Shown: piece by piece, positions 58,228-64,000 of the stretch
How positions within the stretch are numbered: position 1 is the first letter of the stretch
Layout: each line of letters starts with the position of its first letter
Source of the DNA: Alistipes sp.
GTDB lineage: Bacteria > Bacteroidota > Bacteroidia > Bacteroidales > Rikenellaceae
Direction of reading: 5' to 3'
Assembly (NCBI GenBank): GCA_017502025.1
Contig: JAFVVS010000123.1
Coordinates: 2,049-66,048 of the forward strand
DNA: 64,000 nucleotides
Made by a program: the position numbers and the translations under genes
The notes under the pieces: model-generated
Database searches by the model: none
What the model was told of the DNA's origin: nothing
Seen by the model: the letters and a program-made list of their open reading frames with translations, nothing else

Positions 58228-59596
58228 ATTTTTGCAGGTTGTAGTGGTTGCAGCCACTTTGTCGTTGCTCGGTTTTGGCAAGGCTTCGGCACAGGGTGGT
58301 GCAGCAGTTACCGCCTACTCGCCATATACGATGTTCGGTATTGGCGAGTTGCAGACCATTGGCACGGCACAGATGCGAGCAATGGGTGGCGTGGGTGTCG
58401 CTTGGCGTTCGACTCAGATGCCGAGTATGATAAACCCCGCAGGTTATAGCGCAACTTTGCAAAACAGCTTCCTCTTCAATGTAGGAGTCGAGGGTAATTT
58501 CTTGCAGAACGCTCAGAAGCAGTATGGCGCAAGTGGCGACTTTACCCGTATGGCGAAGAATGGCAAAAACTCTGTCAATATCCACGAGATAGCTATTCAG
58601 TTCCCGTTGGTTAAGGGCTTGGGTATGGGTTTGAGCCTTATGCCGTATAGCAGTGTCGGCTACAAGATGTCGTTCCTCGACCAGCGAGATGAGATTGCCG
58701 GAAATGTGGGAGCTGCGGCATATACCTATTCGGGCGATGGCGATGTTACGGAGGTGAAGCTCGGTATCGGCTGGGAGCCTTTCAAGAACTTCTCATTCGG
58801 AGTGGCAGCCAAGTACTATTGGGGTAAGATTTCGCACAACTATGTCTCGGAGGTGGCAAACAATATTGTCGGCAGCAGCTCGTTCCTCTCGGTAATTGGC
58901 GAGGATGAGTATGCAATCTCGAACTTCAAATTCCAGGTGGGTTTGCAGTGGAATGCGATAGCTAACGATAAACGAATGCTCACTTTTGGTGCTACCTACG
59001 ACTATGGTGGTGGCTTGCGACCAAAGGTTACAAAGAGTTTGGTTCTGAACAATAGCTACGAAACCGATGTGGTGCGTGAAACGGGTATCTCGCAGATGCA
59101 GTTGCCACACAGCGTAAAGGCGGGTGTTATGTATCACGACCCTAAATTTATGGCAGCCGTAGAGTACGAGTTCCAGGCGTGGGGTGGTGGCAATAATGGC
59201 CGCTTCGAGGAGAAAGTCAATAACAATATGACGGTTAAGTATGTCGATACCCACACCGCAAAGGTCGGCTTCTCCTACACTCCGAGTCGTTTCGATGTAC
59301 GAAACTATTTCAAACGAGTATCCTATCGAGTAGGTTTTCGTTATAGCAACTACTACCAGACCTACAACGACCGAGCTATTCCGCAGTATGCGGTTACGGC
59401 AGGTTTCGGCTTCCCGCTCAAATTTATGGGAACATCGAGCATCGATGTGTCGTTGGAGTATGGTTTGCGAGGCTCGCACGCATTGATGAACTCGGCACCG
59501 AAGATTGGAATGATTCGTCAGGATTACTTCAAAGTGGGACTCGGCTTCTCACTCTTTGGCGAGGATTACTGGTTTGTAAGACCTAAGTACGATTAA
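58205..59596 (+). CDS. Outer-membrane beta-barrel protein (FadL-like N-terminus)
   Basis: SPYTMFGIG, AMGG, NPA motifs; C-terminal WF..PKYD. Confidence 0.75.
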   Translation: MYRKTIYRFLQVVVVAATLSLLGFGKASAQGGAAVTAYSPYTMFGIGELQTIGTAQMRAMGGVGVAWRSTQMPSMINPAGYSATLQNSFLFNVGVEGNFLQNAQKQYGASGDFTRMAKNGKNSVNIHEIAIQFPLVKGLGMGLSLMPYSSVGYKMSFLDQRDEIAGNVGAAAYTYSGDGDVTEVKLGIGWEPFKNFSFGVAAKYYWGKISHNYVSEVANNIVGSSSFLSVIGEDEYAISNFKFQVGLQWNAIANDKRMLTFGATYDYGGGLRPKVTKSLVLNNSYETDVVRETGISQMQLPHSVKAGVMYHDPKFMAAVEYEFQAWGGGNNGRFEEKVNNNMTVKYVDTHTAKVGFSYTPSRFDVRNYFKRVSYRVGFRYSNYYQTYNDRAIPQYAVTAGFGFPLKFMGTSSIDVSLEYGLRGSHALMNSAPKIGMIRQDYFKVGLGFSLFGEDYWFVRPKYD

Positions 59597-59624
59597 AGTT
59601 TAACTACAAAATATCATTAAAAAA

Positions 59625-60986
59625 ATGAAAGCAGTAAAATTATTTATCGGTTTGGCATTTGCGCTCATTGCAGGCAGTGCCTCAGCGCAGGATTTCAGCG
59701 ATCCGCAGTATGCAAAGTGGGGTGAGACTCCCGAGCAGCGTAAGGAGAACATTTTGGCAAGCACCTTCTTGAAGGAGGAGTTGGCAAATCGTAACTTCAA
59801 CCAGGCAGCAAAGTATTTGCAGCAGTTGTTGCAGAACTGCCCTGCTGCATCGGAGAACACCTATGCAAATGGTATCAAGCTCTACAAGCAGAAGATTAAC
59901 CGTGCTCGTTCGTTGGCAGAGAAGAATGGCTATGTAGATTCGTTGCTCCTCCTCTACGATATTCGTTTGGTGCACTTCGGTGCGCATCCAAAGCGTGGTA
60001 AGGCGTATATCCTCGACCGTAAGGCTCGTGAGCACTTGACCTATCGAGAGGGCGATCGTGAGGGTATCCGCAAGGATTTCGAGATTGCTATCGCAGCACA
60101 GGTTGAGGTAAATGGTACAGCAGATGCAGAGTTGGTAGCAATCTACTTCAAGAACTTGTGCGACGATTACAAGAACGATATCGTGGATGCTATGACCATC
60201 GTAAATGCTTACGAGGAGAATTCTAAGTACTTCAATAGCGCAGATGAGTCGCAGGCAGAGTTCAAGAATCAGTTCGAGACAAGCTTCGGTACCAGCGGTG
60301 CTGCTTCGTGCGAGAACTTGCAGAAGATTTTCGAGCCTAAGATTGCGGCTGCTCCAAGCGACGAGAAGCTCCTTGCTCACGCATTCCAGTTGATGAGCAA
60401 GACAGGTTGCGAGAGCGACTTCTACCTCTCGGTTGGCGAGATGTACTACGGCGTAAATCCTCAGTCGAGCGTTGCAATGTTGTTGGCGCAGATCTTCCAG
60501 AACAAGAAGGAGTTCGGCAAGGCTAACAAGTATTTGCGTGAGGCTTTGGCTAAGGAGACCGTAGCCGATGAGCGTGAGAAGTTGTTGGCTCGTATCGGTA
60601 TCCTCGAAATGACCGCAAACAACTACGCTGAGGCTGTTAAGGCATTCAACGAGTCGATTGCTGTTGATGAGACCGACGATGACGGTTTGGCACTCTACTT
60701 CTTGGCTCAGTGCTATGTTGCAGGTTCGAAGGATTGTGGCTCGGAGTTGGCAAAGCACTCGGTATATTGGGTTGCTTACGACCTCGTACAGAAGGCTATC
60801 CCTATGATGGAGGTTGCAGGTATCTCGCAGGTTGAGGCTGCAAAGAATTTGGCAAACAGCTACCGTTCGGTATTCCCAACAGCCGAGGAGTGCTTCTTCG
60901 CAGAGTTGAAGGAGGGTGTGGCTTACACCATCACTTGCGGTTTGGCTAAGGGCTTGAAGACAACAGTGCGCTATCGTGCGCAGTAA
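59625..60986 (+). CDS. Exported TPR-repeat protein
   Basis: Signal peptide, helical repeats, C-terminal FP..EECFF. Confidence 0.75.
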   Translation: MKAVKLFIGLAFALIAGSASAQDFSDPQYAKWGETPEQRKENILASTFLKEELANRNFNQAAKYLQQLLQNCPAASENTYANGIKLYKQKINRARSLAEKNGYVDSLLLLYDIRLVHFGAHPKRGKAYILDRKAREHLTYREGDREGIRKDFEIAIAAQVEVNGTADAELVAIYFKNLCDDYKNDIVDAMTIVNAYEENSKYFNSADESQAEFKNQFETSFGTSGAASCENLQKIFEPKIAAAPSDEKLLAHAFQLMSKTGCESDFYLSVGEMYYGVNPQSSVAMLLAQIFQNKKEFGKANKYLREALAKETVADEREKLLARIGILEMTANNYAEAVKAFNESIAVDETDDDGLALYFLAQCYVAGSKDCGSELAKHSVYWVAYDLVQKAIPMMEVAGISQVEAAKNLANSYRSVFPTAEECFFAELKEGVAYTITCGLAKGLKTTVRYRAQ

Positions 60987-61017
60987 TGAGTAGCGATATA
61001 TACTATATATATAATAT

Positions 61018-61833
61018 ATGTCGTTAGGGCTACATAGAGTAGGTATGGTAGCACTTCTTATAATGGGAAGTGCTATCTTGCTATTCTCGTGCAAGTCCAA
61101 ACAGAATACGACAGAGGAGTCGCTCGACGCCATAAAAACGGAGGAGAGCGAGAATCTGACGATTATTATGTCGGAGAATGGACGCAAGTCCTACCTCTTC
61201 ACCACTCCGTTGCTCGAAGGTTACACCTTGGGTCGTGACCCATATCGTGAGTTCCGCAAGGGTATCTCGATTACGACCTACAAGGACGACTCGCTCACAT
61301 CCGTAAATGCTGTGTTGGTGGCAAACTACGCCATCTACTACGAAAATCGTAAGTTGTGGGAGGCGAAGGGCGATGTTGTGATAACCAAACACGACGGCAC
61401 ACGCCTCTATACCCAGCAACTGTTTTGGAACTCGATAACCAAACGCATCTACTCGAATGTCGATACGAAACTTGTATCCGATACCGACGAGGTTATCGGC
61501 GAGGGCTTCGAGTCGGATGAGGAGATGAACGAACCTCGTTTCCGTCGTTGGAAGGGGCGTATGCAGGTCGACACCGAGCAGTTGCGCAACGATGCCAAGG
61601 GCGGGGATGACGAAGAGGGCGACAAGAGCAAAACAGAGAGCAAGAAGAGCGAGGTGAAGGCTGTGGAGCAGACACGGGTCGAAAAACCGCAGGCGAAGCC
61701 ACAGGCAAAACCGCTGGTAAAGCCGCAGAACAGACCTGCACGCCGCCCTATATCTCAAACACCAAATGCAGAACGAAGAAAGCCTGCCGAGATGCAATCC
61801 CGACGAATGGCTACTTCGTCATCGACCAATTAA
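61018..61833 (+). CDS. lptC: LPS export protein LptC with low-complexity C-terminal tail
   Basis: Lipobox FSC; A.YA.Y......WEA.GDV, LYTQQLFWN, GEGFESD. Confidence 0.8.
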   Translation: MSLGLHRVGMVALLIMGSAILLFSCKSKQNTTEESLDAIKTEESENLTIIMSENGRKSYLFTTPLLEGYTLGRDPYREFRKGISITTYKDDSLTSVNAVLVANYAIYYENRKLWEAKGDVVITKHDGTRLYTQQLFWNSITKRIYSNVDTKLVSDTDEVIGEGFESDEEMNEPRFRRWKGRMQVDTEQLRNDAKGGDDEEGDKSKTESKKSEVKAVEQTRVEKPQAKPQAKPLVKPQNRPARRPISQTPNAERRKPAEMQSRRMATSSSTN

Positions 61834-61837
61834 AGAG

Positions 61838-63130
61838 ATGGAGAATATATATGTTTCGGCTGTAATTGTGGCGATAATGGTGGTATTGTCGGCATTCTTT
61901 TCGGGAATGGAGATCGCATTCCTGAACAAGAACCGTCTGCGCCTTGAAATCGACCGTAAGCAGAGCCGAATGTTCGACTATATAGCGGGTCTCTTTTCCC
62001 GCCATCAGGGAGAGTATATTACCACGATTTTGGTGGGTAACAATATCGCCCTGGTGCTCTATTCTATGTGCTTGTCGGTAGTGTTGCGAGAGATTGCCCG
62101 ACGACTCGGCTGGGAGTCGGTGCAGGAGGGCTCCATCCTTATCGAGACTATTATCCCGACCATTATAATCATCTTCCTTGGCGAGTATCTGCCTAAGTCG
62201 ATATCGAGAAGTAATCCAAACTTCTTCTATCGCTACCTCTCGCCTGTGATGTATTTCTTCTACATACTGCTCTATCCTGTAACTCGTGCTACAACACTCC
62301 TCTCGTATGGAATGTTGCGTCTGACGGGTCGTAAGGCGAGTGGTGCGGAGCGACAGATTGAGTTCGACCGCAGTGACTTGGAGAGTCTGCTCGAAAATAA
62401 CAACTCGGCAGAGTCGGAGAGCGAGTCGGACAACGATATTAAGATGTTCCAAAATGCGTTGGACTTTGCCGACTTGCGAGTGCGTGACGCTATGGTGTCA
62501 CGAGTGGATGTCGAGGCGGTGGATATCGACGACTGCACAATGGAGGAACTGACCGAGCGATTTGTCAAGACTATGTATTCGAGAATCTTCGTTTGGAGGG
62601 ACTCGATAGATAATATCATCGGCTATGTCAATTCGAAGAGCCTTTTCGAGAGCCCGAAGAGCATAGAGGAGGCGTTGATAAAGGTCGATTATGTGGCGGA
62701 GACGCTACCTTTGCAAGACTTGCTGACCCAATTCACCAAAAATAAGAGCAGTATTGCCGTCGTCATCGACGAGTTTGGCGGTACGGCAGGTATTATCTCG
62801 TTGGAGGATGTGTTGGAGCAGATTTTTGGCGAGATCGAGGATGAGCACGATAAACCCGATATGGTCGAGAAACGCATCTCGGAGCGAGAATTTGTGCTTT
62901 CGTGTCGTTTGGAGGTTGAGTATCTGAACGATAAGTACGAAATCGGCATCCCCGAGAGTGACGAGTACGACACCTTGGCGGGCTATATCATTACCCGCTA
63001 CGAGGAGTTGCCTACGGCAGGTACAGTTATGGAGTATGACGGTTTGCGAATTAAGATTTTGCGCACTACACGCTCTCGAATTGAGCTCGCACGAGTGGAG
63101 CGAGTAGGAAAAAATAGCTCGGAAAGATAA
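61838..63130 (+). CDS. HlyC/CorC (CNNM-CBS) family membrane protein
   Basis: SAFFSGMEIA, ILVGNN, GEYLPK, CBS pair, DEFGGTAG, CorC domain. Confidence 0.92.
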   Translation: MENIYVSAVIVAIMVVLSAFFSGMEIAFLNKNRLRLEIDRKQSRMFDYIAGLFSRHQGEYITTILVGNNIALVLYSMCLSVVLREIARRLGWESVQEGSILIETIIPTIIIIFLGEYLPKSISRSNPNFFYRYLSPVMYFFYILLYPVTRATTLLSYGMLRLTGRKASGAERQIEFDRSDLESLLENNNSAESESESDNDIKMFQNALDFADLRVRDAMVSRVDVEAVDIDDCTMEELTERFVKTMYSRIFVWRDSIDNIIGYVNSKSLFESPKSIEEALIKVDYVAETLPLQDLLTQFTKNKSSIAVVIDEFGGTAGIISLEDVLEQIFGEIEDEHDKPDMVEKRISEREFVLSCRLEVEYLNDKYEIGIPESDEYDTLAGYIITRYEELPTAGTVMEYDGLRIKILRTTRSRIELARVERVGKNSSER

Positions 63131-63217
63131 AAAAACCGAAAAAAAAGACGGAAATCGAAATAAAATAACTATCTTTGAAAGTTAAACGACAAATTAAATA
63201 ATTAAAAAATAGGTAAT

Positions 63218-64000
63218 ATGTTAAGTTTGAACACTTTAAGAACCCAATTTGGCGTAGTATTGTCGATTGTTATCGGCGGTGCGCTTTTGGCGTTTATTCT
63301 CTCGTTGAAGACAGAGATGGGATTTTCCGGCAATGATCCGGAGGTAGGTGAGGTAAATGGCGATGAGATCCACTATTCGGAGTTTGTTGCTGCTTACGAG
63401 GATGTTAAGACCCAGATGGGTGGCGACAACTTCGATTACAACCAGTCGGCACAGGCTGTTCAGATGGCTTGGCAGTCGATCTTGGCAGACCGTGTATTCG
63501 TACCGGGCTTCGAGAAGTTGGGCTTGACCGTTGCTCCGGCAGAGCGTAAGGCTATGTTGAAGGGCGAGGTTGCATCGGGCGTTCTCGGAAGCGTATTTGC
63601 TGACCCTCGTACCGGTATCTACAATGTTGCAGCTGTAACCGAGTTCCTCGCACAGGCAGAGGGCAATATCGAGATGCAGCGTGTTTGGAACTTGATCGAC
63701 AAGCAGGCTCGCATCGAGCGTGCATCGAACAAGTATATGGACTTGGTGCGTGGCGGCGCTTATGCTAACGCTCTCACCTTGAACAAGGGCATTGTTGCAG
63801 AGAACAACACCTACAAGGGTCACTTCGTAGCTTGCAAGTATTCATCGGTTGCCGACTCGTTGGTAAAGGTGTCGAAGAGCGAGATTAAGAAGTACTACAA
63901 GGCTCACAAGTCGCAGTACGAGCAGACCCCTTATTGCACTGTTAAGTATGCTCACTTCGAGATTGAGCCTACCGAGGCAGACAAGAAGGCAGTTGAGGAT
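63218..64000 (+). CDS. PpiD/SurA-N-type periplasmic chaperone (partial, runs off window)
   Basis: Manual translation MLSLNTLRTQFGVVLSIVIGGALLAFIL...VGEVNGDEI; typical position after the hemolysin-family gene. Confidence 0.85.
   Translation, partial: MLSLNTLRTQFGVVLSIVIGGALLAFILSLKTEMGFSGNDPEVGEVNGDEIHYSEFVAAYEDVKTQMGGDNFDYNQSAQAVQMAWQSILADRVFVPGFEKLGLTVAPAERKAMLKGEVASGVLGSVFADPRTGIYNVAAVTEFLAQAEGNIEMQRVWNLIDKQARIERASNKYMDLVRGGAYANALTLNKGIVAENNTYKGHFVACKYSSVADSLVKVSKSEIKKYYKAHKSQYEQTPYCTVKYAHFEIEPTEADKKAVED

Noticed and set aside
3982-63823. Many long antisense ORFs (e.g. 3982-5745, 19274-20716, 31183-33126, 33885-35807, 59682-61187)
   Set aside because: They mirror well-supported genes and have no recognisable motifs. 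They are explained by codon bias making antisense stops rare.
1-64000. Stop-codon reassignment or programmed frameshifts
   Set aside because: Recognised genes are full length under the standard code and end in ordinary stops.

Overview
Core-genome window from a Bacteroidales bacterium, probably Rikenellaceae/Alistipes-like. This is inferred from TAnnTTTG promoters, tryptophanase, EF-G2, bS22 and a fused GT3-GT35 glycogen enzyme. It has about 43 conventional CDS (glycogen locus, GH127/GH3 hydrolases, fhs, nfo, tnaA, rlmN, hflX, upp, dprA, mfd, coaX-lptC-ppiD cluster and others) and two tRNAs (Leu-CAG, Lys-CTT). I see no integrase, transposase, phage or CRISPR genes. The unusual content is intergenic. 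(1) Seven near-full and one partial copy of a ~127-bp imperfect hairpin keep the same fold and internal loop despite divergent stems; all lie on the + strand, five start at a stop codon, and the core resembles enterobacterial ERIC/IRU. (2) Modular islands of 7-, 9- and 10-nt tandem arrays, some held inside a conserved GCGCA...TGCGC clamp. (3) A ~220-nt palindrome beside tRNA-Leu carries an inverted copy of the tRNA 3' end. (4) Three unannotated small membrane-protein ORFs lie behind a palindromic operator next to tRNA-Lys. Protein-level oddities include a GDPD paralog that has lost its catalytic histidines. All calls are by eye from motifs; no database searches were run.
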